Of a stretch of DNA of 64,000 nt, positions 11,642-22,291 are shown piece by piece. The stretch is taken from assembly GCF_036321535.1 (NCBI RefSeq), contig NC_087437.1, positions 20,276,001 to 20,340,000 on the forward strand, in the 5' to 3' direction. Numbering within the stretch: the stretch's first letter is position 1; every line of letters starts with the position of its first letter. The translations under genes and the position numbers were made by a program. Source of the stretch: Camelus dromedarius. Taxonomy: Eukaryota. Below the pieces are notes generated by a model. It was not told the origin of the DNA. It worked only from the letters and a program-made list of their open reading frames with translations, and ran no database searches.

Positions 11642-13333
11642 AACTTAGCAAATGTTTATTAATTAAATTAAATTAAATTAACCAACCGAACATTGATAGA
11701 GCTCCTAAATACTATGAGTATGCAAGAGAAAGGGAGGGCATGGATAGTCTCCAAGGATCAGGGTTAAATTAAAGAGATCAGACAATCACTGCGACCTTTT
11801 GATAACTCCTTTATTGGCCTATCAAATAGTTTCTCAGCCAAACATCTGCCTGGGATGGCTGCTAGGAAGGGGTCCCCAGAAAAATTCCTGAGAAGCAGAA
11901 AGGGAGTCACTGGCACCTGGAGCCAGAAAAAGGACCCAGAAAGACAGGAACAAGGACAGGAAAGGTGGGTCTGCTGACTGCCATGTTGCTGGGGCCTGGG
12001 ACAGATGCCAGGATAAAACCCACAGATAGCAATTATATTCAGTACCTCTAGTGATGCAGAAAGTGCTCCCACCTCCACACTAAAGGCCACCCCTGGGAGC
12101 CTGCAGTAGAGAGGAGACACTTCCAGCTCAGCTCCATACTGCAGTGAAGAAGAGGGACCAGACTGAGTCTCCAGACTGACCAGCCTCCAGCTTGGGGACC
12201 AGGTGTCCATAAACTAGGAAGGGGAGGGCTGTCCTCTATAAATGGTGAGGCTGGTGCCGTAAAGGCCAAAGGAAGCTGGGAGCAGGAGCTTACCACTACT
12301 TCCACACCTCACCAAGCCTGGAGAAGAGGACGGAGTGGCTTGGTGTGGAGTCCCCACAGCCTACCCTTCCTCCAGGGACTTTGCCAAGGGATGCAAGTTG
12401 ATGGCTGCCACAAGCTGGAGTACACCCATCATTCCCAGAGCATCCATCTAGACCCTAGGGCTCTCCATTGTAGCCTTGGTCTTCGGTCTAAATGACCAGC
12501 AGAGCGTTCCAGTGATACACATGCCTGATGAGGTCTGAGGAAAGCATCAGACTTGTCAACACTCACTGAGTTTGAACCGAGATGCAGGCCCTGGAGCAAC
12601 TTCTTTTCTGTGTGTCATCTGTGTTTAAGCCTTTCTATTATAAGGTAATTAACTATGGTCATCCCCACGGTATAGATGAAGAGACTGAGTTTCACAGGAG
12701 TCAAGCACTGTGCCCAGAGCCTCCCAGCCCAGGAGTGGCAGAGCCAGGCGTGGACCCTAGTTTGTCTAACTTCCCAGGCTTTGCTCTTGTTGTCACACCA
12801 TTCTGCCTCCCAGATACTTTTGTGGCAGTGTATGAGGAAAAAAGAGCGTGATCACAGTAGCAGTCCGCTGGCAAACCTGGCACAGGTGCACTTGGGTGAC
12901 ACCATCACAGAGAGAGAACACACACTCTGCTGCGGCAGGAGAGTTTAGCCCTGGGTCTCACTGAGTCAGATGGCTGTAACTCACCGGTGAGACAACAATT
13001 TGTTTACCAAATCATTATGCACATAGCAAGCAGTGGCTGTCTAATTAACATGGCCATTGATGACTCTGTTAAAGGATAATGAAAGATTTAATGGTTAGTG
13101 TTGCTAGTATAGAAAATTCCTACTTCTCCCAGAAGCCAATCTTTTTAAGTCCCTAGATTACTAGTAGTTATACTACAGCATGGCTTTAAATTTGAATGTC
13201 TGTTGACATCCTCAGAGACTCCTGGGCAGCCAGGATGTCTCATTGAGGACTAGAGGCGGCTGGATGTTCCTTGTCCACAGCTGGATGACGGATGATTCCA
13301 GGGTTTGCTCTTCAGTGACTGCTGTTTTCCCAG

Positions 13334-13551
13334 GTGCTTTGGAGAAGACGTGTGCATCAGCATCCCCGACGTGGACGCCTACGTGATGGTGCTGCAGGCC
13401 ATCGAGCCCCAGATCACCCTCCGTGGCACGGACCGCTTCTGGAGGCCTGCTGCCCAGTTTGAAAGCGCCAGAGGGGTGATCCTCTTCCCCGACATCAAGA
13501 TCGTGAGCACCATCGCCAAAGCCGAGGCCCCAGGTGACTTGAAGACCACAG
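13334..13551 (+). CDS. CLSTN2: CLSTN2 coding exon (exon 12), 218 nt
   Basis: CFGEDVCISIPDVDAYVMVLQAIEPQITLRGTDRFWRPAAQFESARGVILFPDIKIVSTIAKAEAPGDLKTT. Acceptor gttttcccag|G, donor ACAG|gtacag. Confidence 0.94.
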
Positions 13552-13639
13552 GTACAGGTGCCTGCTGAGCGGGGCGGCGGGGAGGGCCTTAAGTTTCTCC
13601 ATAAAGTATGATTCTTGACACATCACACTTCAGGATAAC

Positions 13640-14035
13640 AGTCTCATTCACCATAGCAGGGTAATTTATAATGGCAGAACAAAAACTCCTGCAAACAAGG
13701 CAGATGTATAATAGAAGGGAGCGAGTGGCTTAGCAAACGGCAGTACGCCCATGTAAAAGAGACGATCTTGGAGCGAAGGCACTTATGCTAAATGGTAAGT
13801 TAGAAAAAAAAAAAAAACGAAAAGCAAATTACAGAGTATCTCCACGAAGAGTGATCTCAATTCTGGAAAGAAAAAAAAAAACATAGAAAAATGCCAGGAA
13901 GTAAACATACTTAATGCTAACAGTGATATTCTTTGAGGAGCAGGGAAGGAGCCAATTTGTTTCTGCTCCCCTTCACTTTTGTACAACTGCAATATGTTCT
14001 AGAGTGAGCATGCATTATCTGGATAATCAGAAGAA
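13640..14035 (+). mobile_element. Ancient L1M 3' fragment
   Basis: attcaccatagcag...tttataatggcag...gcaaacaa...aaagcaaattacagag...tttctgctccccttcacttttgtac. Confidence 0.5.
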
Positions 14036-15449
14036 AAGCTACAGAAGCACTAGGGAAAAAATACAGCTGCGTCTCAATATACACATTGTAAAAGTCTCAT
14101 GCGGTAATGTTACCCTCAACTCTCAGGAAACTTGACAGCTGTTCTTTCCAACAGTTTGACTGGGGAGAGGGCTGTTCAGTAAAAGTAATTCGAATTATCT
14201 GCCAGGAAGAAATACAGTCACACTGAAAGCTACAGGATATTCAGCTGGCCTGGGGGAGAGGGACGGAAGGCTAAAGAAGGAGGGTGGTCAAACCTGGGGC
14301 CCAAATCCATGGCAGAATACCAGTTTGAGAACTGTCCTTTGCTGCCTCCTCTAAACCAATACATTCACTCTCCCTCTCCGCCTCCAAAAGCAGCTGCTAA
14401 TGATGTGCTGTGCCCAGGGGCCTGAGTCCCTGTGGGCTGCTTCTGTAATAATCCTAATCACCCACTGCCTTGAACCACGCTGGTCCCCAGCGACTGGGGT
14501 GCCCGGCAAGGTGGTGTTGTTGCACCTGTCCGGGCAGGGAGGTCTCCCAGTCACACTCCAAAGTGCACTAGGTCGTGTCATTGTCCCTCTTTCCCGCATT
14601 TGTGGCTAAAGTCAGACAGAAAAAGGAAGGGCCTCTAACTGCGGGGATTGAGGCCAGAGCTGAGAGCGTCTGGATTTGTGAGGGCAGACATCAGTATACA
14701 GACAACTCAGGGATAAGCAATTATCTGGGTTCATATGTCACCTTCTGTTTGTGAGAGGTGCATGTACACAGCCAAGGGTCCAGAGCTATTATCGGTATTT
14801 TTAAATTTTTACTCTTATCGTTGTTAGAATCATCATCATGATGCGTGAAGATTATTCTAAACTTCAACAAGCAGGCTGATGGCTTTTGGCACCAGGGACC
14901 CTCTCCAGCATCATCTTCTGCCCTCCCCCCGTTGACTCACTCTTTGGGCTGTTTCAGCACCAATGACGTGCAGACCCCTCTCTCCCTCACACTTCTGTGT
15001 TAGTTTACACCCTTGCTCACGCTCTCCCCTCTGCCAGGAAGGTCCCTCTCCATCTCGTTCCCCATTATTGCTGACAGAAATCTACTTTCAACAATTCCTC
15101 CAGAAGGAATTGTCCCCCAGTCCCCCTGGCCCCAGACTGGTACTGTATACCTCCAACCACACCAGCGCTCCCTGTAACACACACTGGCTGGCCCTCGGTG
15201 GTGATTATCTGCTTATTAAACCAGACCAGGAGCTTCTCCAGGGCTCAGCTATGGTGGATTTGCCTCTGTGTCCCTGAGCCCGGTACAGCCCCCTCAGCCC
15301 AGTGGGAATCAGGGGAACTGCAGGTAGAAGACATTGCCCATGACGTAAGCAAGAGAGAATAAGGGGAAAATGGTAGGGTTGACATGCCCTGTCCCTGTGT
15401 GAGTAATCAGTCAGCCACTTCGGGACATGGGAGCAAGGATGACCCAACC

Positions 15450-15868
15450 TGACTTGACAAGAATATGACTCCGAAAAACTCAGAAACTACCAGGCCATTT
15501 GAATACACCATTATTAATGACAGATCTGGTTCATTGTATACTAATGTGCTCTCAGATTTTGCCAATAATGCACAAAGCCATTGACATTGGCAAGCTTTTA
15601 AAAATTAAGCACACAAAATTATTTATCACAACCTATCTCTAGTGAGAGCAAAAAATATTTTTGGTATCACTAAAAACTTGAACGAAATAAAATAATTATT
15701 TAAAAGGGCTCTCATCTTTTGTCAATCCTTTTTAAATTTCTGCTTTCATAAATGTTTTGTTATGCACAAAATACACCCGTCCACTTTATAAATAAATATA
15801 CTTATGTCTATGATCTCAGTTCACAAATGTTTTAATAAAGGGCTGGAAGATCCGTTTGAAGACCACTG
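15450..15868. mobile_element. Old hAT-Charlie-like DNA transposon fragment
   Basis: AT-rich block ending in tttgaagaccactg, a Charlie-type terminus. Confidence 0.4.
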
Positions 15869-16820
15869 GCCCAGAGGTTGAGATTTCACACACTGTGGAA
15901 TCAGAAAGTCATGGTTGCTGTCCCAGGTCCTCCGCTGCTGTCTGCGTAACCCTCGGCAACCCACCCCACCCCTCGGACCTTCCACTCCCCCATCAGTAAA
16001 ACGGAGTAATGATAGCACCCTCTGTGGTATCTGTCTGTTAGGGTTTCAGTTGCTGTGTGCCTGGCACATCACAAGGACCCCATAAACACCAGTCATTTTT
16101 ATTTTAAGGTAGGATTTTAATTTAGGACTGCCAATCTGGCCAGCATTCAAATACTCAGATATTCCTTTGGGAAATTTGGGGTCATTATATTAGGCAAGGA
16201 CAGCTAGACTAACCAACAGCTTGCCAACTAGACCAACGAATTTACATAATTCTTTAATTATGTCAACTATGCAGCTCCGCTTGAGCAATGTGGAGTGATA
16301 CTGCTCCAGGCCAGCCCCTGGGTCAGATACTGAGGAGTCGGTCATTAAAAGGGCACTTCTGCCCTTGAGAAGCTCAGGGTCTGCTCGGGCGACAGATGCA
16401 CAGACCACTCCGACGTGGGGAAAGCTAGGAGAGCGCTCATTTCTGGTCCCAAATGAGAGCTATTGCTTGTTGAGCACCTGTTAACGGGCCTGTTTTCCAT
16501 CCTCCCAATACCCTTGACCTCTGTCTGGATGAGGGAATCGATGGGTAGGGAGCGTCTCGAATACTATATGGCTTCTCATAGCAGCGCTGGTATTCAGATT
16601 TACATCTTCTGACCACTCTGTTCACGTTTTTCACACAAACCATGCCGCCCATGCCTGCACACCCATCCCAGCAGTGGAGGTGATATTTGGGGTCGCACAG
16701 CCTCTTCTCCTGACTCCCCCTGAACCTGGGGTGCAATCACACAGGAGGAGGAGGATGGACCAGGGCCACCATCTGAGCTGTCCTCACGCCTGCATTTCCC
16801 ACGTGTCTGTCTTCCCGCAG

Positions 16821-16991
16821 CCCCCAGATCAGCAGTTTTAGAAGAAATGCTTCACAACTTAGATTTCTGTGACATTTTAGTGCTGGGAGGGGACTTGGAC
16901 CCAAGACAGGAGTGCCTGGAGCTCAACCACAGTGAGCTCCACCAGCGACACCTGGACGCCACCAACTCCACCGCGGGCTACTCCATCTATG
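16821..16991 (+). CDS. CLSTN2: CLSTN2 coding exon (exon 13), 171 nt
   Basis: (A)PRSAVLEEMLHNLDFCDILVLGGDLDPRQECLELNHSELHQRHLDATNSTAGYSIY, with N-glycosylation sequons NHS and NST. Acceptor tcttcccgcag|CC, donor TATG|gtaagg. Confidence 0.94.
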
Positions 16992-17476
16992 GTAAGGCCG
17001 TGCTCAGCCCTCCACCCGGTGGTCCTCTCTCGTTGTGGTCGCACCCAGGGCATCAGGAGTGTGACGGCAGCCCCATCTCCCATGGAGGTGGGTCAGGAGG
17101 GAACCGTTGACCTCGAAGCATGGGCCTCTAGCCCCTCTTTTGGTGAGCTGTTCCTGCATCCTGAGGACTTGGCTTCTGTTCCACTCCTGGGCAAATCGTC
17201 TGTAGAAACGAAGTGGATGCCTGCTCTTATGTTTGATCTCAGCTAGTACTACAGCAACATTTGGCAGATTGAGGCCAAACATCCTGGTCAGAGCTCAATC
17301 TATGTGAAAATTCTGTGCATCAGTTTAACTGGCTCCTTAGGACTTCTGCCTCGGCGTATTGTCTAAACACCTTGAGCTCTCGCCCTGGCCGAATTCAGGA
17401 GACCCACAAGCCCCAGCAGCCTGTTTCCCCTCCTCCTCTTCTGCCTTCTTATGGCAGGTGTGGTCTCTTGGCACAG

Positions 17477-17622
17477 GTGTGGGCTCCATGAGCCGCTATG
17501 AGCAGGTGCTGCATCACATCCGCTACCGCAACTGGCGTCCGGCTGCCCTCGAGGCCCGGCGGTTCAGGATCAAGTGCTCGGAACTCAACGGGCGCTACAC
17601 CAGCAATGAGTTCAACGTGGAG
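17477..17622 (+). CDS. CLSTN2: CLSTN2 coding exon (exon 14), 146 nt
   Basis: (G)VGSMSRYEQVLHHIRYRNWRPAALEARRFRIKCSELNGRYTSNEFNVE. Frame-preserving acceptor ttggcacag|GT, donor GAG|gtgagt. Confidence 0.94.
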
Positions 17623-17751
17623 GTGAGTGAGCCCTGAGGTTGCAAGGGAAGCCCCGGCTCACCCATTCCTTCCCTCATTTATGCAGGAGGATTGCCGCCA
17701 CGGGTCCCCCTGCCGCTCCCGGTCAACGGCACCTCTCCCTGCTCTTCCCAG

Positions 17752-17875
17752 GTTGGCGTCCTCCATGAGGTCAGAGTCTCAGACAAGGAACACGTCAGCC
17801 ACCTTATCGTGCAGCCACCCTTCCTCCAGTCGGTCCACCACCCCGAATCCCAGAGTAACATCCAGCGTAGTTCAG
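17752..17875 (+). CDS. CLSTN2: CLSTN2 coding exon (exon 15), 124 nt, juxtamembrane stalk
   Basis: VGVLHEVRVSDKEHVSHLIVQPPFLQSVHHPESQSNIQRSS. Acceptor ctcttcccag|GTT, donor TCAG|gtaggt. Confidence 0.94.
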
Positions 17876-18384
17876 GTAGGTCACCTGGAAGGAGGGACCT
17901 CAGGACGTCAGATGGTCACTGTGACTCAAGACCATCCACTAAACAATTAGGGTGCAGGAGCCATAGGGGCCCAGGACTGAGGGAGGTGCCAGGCAAGCCT
18001 GGCTCTGAGGCAATCACAGCCTAGGGAGGGAGCCAGTCAAGTCCATGGGAAGTTACAGGCAGTACATAATAACAGATGGTCGTACAAAGGGCTGGGGTAA
18101 AATTTTGCAAGTCGTTTTAGGCCCGACTCAAAGCTCCATGCTGTACGGAGCCGAACCCCTCACAGATGCTCACACACTCATATGCACCGTATGGCAGCCT
18201 CCTACCTTTACTTCTGTTCCAGCACTTGCCATGTTGTCTTACTGTCTGGCAGGCACTTCTGTCTGTCCTGACTGGACTTCACAGTTCCTGGTTCTCGGAG
18301 GAGTGGAGGGAACTCTTGTGGAGGGGGGAGTGAGAGGGGCAAAGCTTTTCATACTTTGATGAAAAAAGCAAGAGATAAAAATTG

Positions 18385-18560
18385 TGCATTTATTGAGCAC
18401 CTACTATGTGCCTTTGGGGAAATTCACATAGATGATTTCATTTACTCACAACTACCCATGGGATAGGAACGATTAAGTCTATTATATAGGTGACAAGAGT
18501 GGAGCCCCGACAGAGGAAGGCGCTGACCCAGAGTTCTCCAGCTGGGAAGTGTAGGGCAGA
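18385..18560 (-). mobile_element. MIR SINE in intron 15
   Basis: gcatttattgagcacctactatgtgcc...atttcatttactcacaactaccc. Confidence 0.7.
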
Positions 18561-18653
18561 TGTTAACCTACACGTGGATGTTTCATGCATGCTCCATCCC
18601 AAGTGAGCGAGTCCTTTGCTCACCACATCATGTGAATTCCTTTCTCGTTCCAG

Positions 18654-18838
18654 TGGTCCCAAGCATCGCCACAGTGGTCATCATCATCTCCGTGTGCATG
18701 CTAGTGTTTGTCGTGGCCATGGGAGTGTACCGGGTCCGGATCGCCCACCAGCACTTCACCCAGGAGGCTGAGGCTGCCAAGGAAGCCGAGATGGATTGGG
18801 ACGACTCTGCGCTCACTATCACAGTCAACCCCATGGAG
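18654..18838 (+). CDS. CLSTN2: CLSTN2 coding exon (exon 16), 185 nt: transmembrane helix, first WDDS motif and NP motif
   Basis: (V)VPSIATVVIIISVCMLVFVVAMGVYRVRIAHQHFTQEAEAAKEAEMDWDDSALTITVNPME. Acceptor tttctcgttccag|TG, donor GAG|gtgatc. Confidence 0.96.
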
Positions 18839-19269
18839 GTGATCCTCCCGCAGGGGCTGGGAGCTTGACACGGGATGCCTCTCCTCCACTTGGCTCCATC
18901 CTTCCTGTGCCGGAAGCCCTGCCCAGCTAGCCCAGCCCCACCGCTCCTTCCCTCCCTCCCCTGGGCTCCTCTAGCCCTCTCAACCTGAATGGATCATTCT
19001 TTCCCACCAACTGCATTCACAGATTAAAAATGTGTGAATTGCTCTCACCCAACAAACAGAACCAAACATTTCTTAAGTCAAGCAGCCATGTGGTGTCTGT
19101 CCCTTGCCTCCCCCGTTGGATTTAGCTCAGAGCTGACTCACACTTAGGGACTCGCTATTGAATTTTTGATTAACTAACAGTATAAATGAGATGGCTTTGC
19201 TCCGTCTGCGTGCGGAGCTCACTTAAAGGCTCAGGATAGGTTAATACAAAAATACAGAAGTAACACGTG

Positions 19270-19485
19270 CCATTTCTTGAGCCCCCATTATGCCAGGCCG
19301 CCCAGGATGCTCAGTATACACCACCTCATTTGATCTTCTCAGCAACCTGTGAAGTGGGAGTCACCACCCTCATGTACCAAGGCAGGGCCAGCTCAGAGAG
19401 GGAAAGTAATGTGTTCAAACTTATGTAGCTGGTAGTGGCAGCACCGATATCCAAACTCATGGCTGTCTGATTCCAAAGTTCTTAT
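19270..19485 (-). mobile_element. MIR SINE in intron 16
   Basis: tatgccagg...cctcatttgatcttctcagcaacctgtgaagtggg...gctcagagagggaaagtaa. Confidence 0.65.
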
Positions 19486-19643
19486 CTTCCCAGTTAGCCA
19501 CCAGCCGCCCAGATCCACCCATGAGTGTCCAAGACCCCTGATCTGGACATACAAATATCAAGAAAGCCACTTCCATCTTGCCCTTTGGTCCGCCCATGGG
19601 TGCTGGGGTAAGTAGGGGCAGGACCAGGAAAGCAAAGGGACAT

Positions 19644-19662
19644 TGGCCAGCAGGAGGCGCCA
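19644..19662 (+). promoter_or_regulatory. CTCF motif
   Basis: TGGCCAGCAGGAGGCGCCA, one core mismatch to the consensus. Confidence 0.5.
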
Positions 19663-20761
19663 CTGAGGAATGACAAGAAGATTATCCCAGCCAATCCCCA
19701 GCCCTCACCTGGCCCCATGCTCCCATTTCAGAGCCAGCATGTGGAGGCATCTCAGTTCCTCCCACCCTCTGCTGTAGGTATAGTGCTGAGCACACCACTG
19801 TGGGGACTCCAGAATTTCCACCCTCAAACTGCTGAGCCTTGGGTGTGGGAAGCAAGATTGTGGTGCTTGGAGTGGTCTGTGTACCTGGCCAGAGTGTGCC
19901 TACTGAGGGCTCACCTGGTGATGCCAGAGGTCAGGGAAGCAGGAGCAGGGAGAGCCTTTGGGGCTGGAGTGTCTGGGGAAGATTTCTTGTTACCTAAGGG
20001 AGGCCTTGAAGAATGGGTAGGATTTGGGGGAGGCAAAGGTAGAAGAGAAAACACTCCACAGAGGGCACGCAGCCAAGCGTGGGCACACATCTTTTATGGC
20101 TGATTCATCGACTCAAAACATAAATCCAGAAATACGATTTGGCCGGAATCATCAGAAAGCTGGCGTGAGGGGAAGGGACTGGAAAAGCATGAAGAAGAGT
20201 TTAAGGACATAAGTCGGGGGTGAGGAACAGGTATGCAAAATGAGGACCATGAACTGTGTGCTTCCCAAAGGAATAATCTGAGGGGCAGCACACTTGAGTC
20301 TTGGCTGAGAAGACCTTCTGCTCCCCAAAGATGTCATTCTCCCCCTGGAAAAGGGGACAAGCTTAAATGCCTTTTCCCTCACTGAGAAGCAACTCACTTA
20401 AGGCTGGGAAAGTGCCATATAGACAGGTTCCAGAAATGCCAGAGAACAAAGCCTTGGCCTGAGAGGCCCACTGGATGATGGATGGGGATGGCTTCAATAT
20501 CCAGTATTTAAAACACAGCAATTTGCCTTAAGTTCGTGTCTTGGAATTTGCTATTTCTTTTCTCTGTCCTTAGCCCTCTGATTTGTCTCTCACTGGAGGA
20601 CTTCTCTTCCAGAAAGCCCATCTCCCGGCCCAAGGGCTTAGCATTAAGGGAAGGAGTTCCCCGGGGCCCTAAATGTTTCCTTCATGGGGGAGAAGCATAA
20701 ACTCCCAAGTGGCCCCTGCTTGGCCCCTGATGAACGCCCCCCTTCTCTCCCTGACATCCAG

Positions 20762-20962
20762 AAACACGGAGCCCCAGGGCGTGGGGACGAGGAGACTGAG
20801 GAGGAGGAGGAGGAAGTAGAGGAAGACGTGAGCTCCGGTAGCAGCGACTCTGACGACAGCGACGAGGAGGAGGAGGAGGAAGGGGTGGGCAGGGGCAGAC
20901 GCGGGCAGAGCGGAGCCAGGCAAGCCCAGCTGGAGTGGGACGACTCCACCCTCCCCTACTAG
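20762..20962 (+). CDS. CLSTN2: CLSTN2 last coding exon (exon 17): acidic tail, second WDDS motif and stop codon
   Basis: KHGAPGRGDEETEEEEEEVEEDVSSGSSDSDDSDEEEEEEGVGRGRRGQSGARQAQLEWDDSTLPY then TAG at 20960-20962. Acceptor ccttctctccctgacatccag|AAA. Confidence 0.96.
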   Translation, partial: KHGAPGRGDEETEEEEEEVEEDVSSGSSDSDDSDEEEEEEGVGRGRRGQSGARQAQLEWDDSTLPY

Positions 20963-22163
20963 TGCCCGGCGTCTGCGCCCACCCACCTGTCCCTTTTGTA
21001 AGCCCCACCCCGATGTCTGTCTATCACATAATCGCCTCTGATTTCTGTGACAGGTCTGGGCAGGCCCTCCCCAGTGTCCTGGGGCCCACCCTTAATGCCG
21101 TGGGCATACCCCGTGTCCCAGCCCTGGGGTGGTTCCAAGAAGCCCAGCGGCAGCATCGGTGGGGACTTCAGGGTGGACTTCGTCCTGTAGCCCCCACTTC
21201 TCCTGCCCTGGGCTCACCCAGCATCGTGGCAGCAGATCTGTGGAGTTCTGCCTTCGCTCCTCCCTGCGGGGGAGAAGGTCAGCCTTTCTGTCGCTCGCCT
21301 GCCCAGGCTCCACATTCCCAGGCCCTTAGGTTCCAACCCACTGTGTGTGCACCTGACTCAGTCACCTCTCCCCACAGACCGCCAGGTCCTCCTTACCTGG
21401 CTCTCCAGGCTGCTTCCTACAGGCAGGGTGGTCAGACTCCACACACGCAGGTCCACATCCTCAGCACTTCAAAAGAATGACCTTACCAAGGCAGACCTGT
21501 TTACAGGGGAAGGTTCACGTGGGCTATACACACACACACGCACACATGCACGCACGCACACACACTCACGCACGCACTCTCCCATCTTGGAGAGCCTTTC
21601 CCTTTGTCTTTCTGAGGCCACAGAAGCTTATATGAAAAGTCCAAAACCAAGACTAGGTCCTTGGCTACAGCAGGGCCTGGTTCTGGCCAAAGCTCTCTGA
21701 GAACCTGCCTTCCTGGCAGCGGCTGAGACCCGTGTGGCTGCCCTGCTGGGGGCTCCCACCCCATGACACCACGGGGGCCAGGAAGCACTCCACACAGACG
21801 CTGCCCAGGGCCGTAGCCCTGACAAACTGACAGCCAGGGATCAGAAGGAGAGGCTGATGGCATGACACGGCCAGGCTCCGTGGCAGACTGGGTGACAGGG
21901 ATGGCTGGGTGTCCCCAGGACCAGAGGGCGGTTCCGGGGCTGACAAGGCTGGGTCTTTCATCCCCCGTTTCACAGTTTTGCTTCTTGAGAAGATACATTC
22001 CTCTCGGATGTATCGAAATAAGTGTGAACTTCGACGAGTCTAAGATAATGAGTTTGGAGATTTAACTGCTAGACATTAGAAGCATATTTGCCATAACAGC
22101 TTCCTCTTCTCATAAAAGGAGCAATGCTTTGAGTGGAGGGTAAATATATCCAAAAACCTAGTT

Positions 22164-22222
22164 TCTTCCTTTCTTCCTTCTTTCCTTCCTTCCTTCCTTC
22201 TTTCCTTCCTTTCTTCTTTTTT
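22164..22222. repeat. (TTCC)n-type polypyrimidine simple repeat in the 3' UTR
   Basis: ttcttcctttcttccttctttccttccttccttccttc... Confidence 0.85.
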
Positions 22223-22277
22223 AGTAAGGAAATCTTTTCCATCTCCATCTTAACATGGATACTTCGGGAGGAGAATT

Positions 22278-22291
22278 GTTGCTATGGTAAC
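22278..22291. promoter_or_regulatory. RFX X-box motif
   Basis: GTTGCTATGGTAAC, a near-palindromic match to GTTGCCATGGCAAC. Confidence 0.5.

Noticed and set aside
14953..14973. REST/RE1-like TTCAGCACCAATGACGTG
   Set aside because: Only the left half-site matches. The GGACAG right half is missing.
20935..21998. 181-aa and 165-aa ORFs at the start of the 3' UTR
   Set aside because: GC-rich, Pro/Ser/Gly-biased open frames with no homology I recognise.
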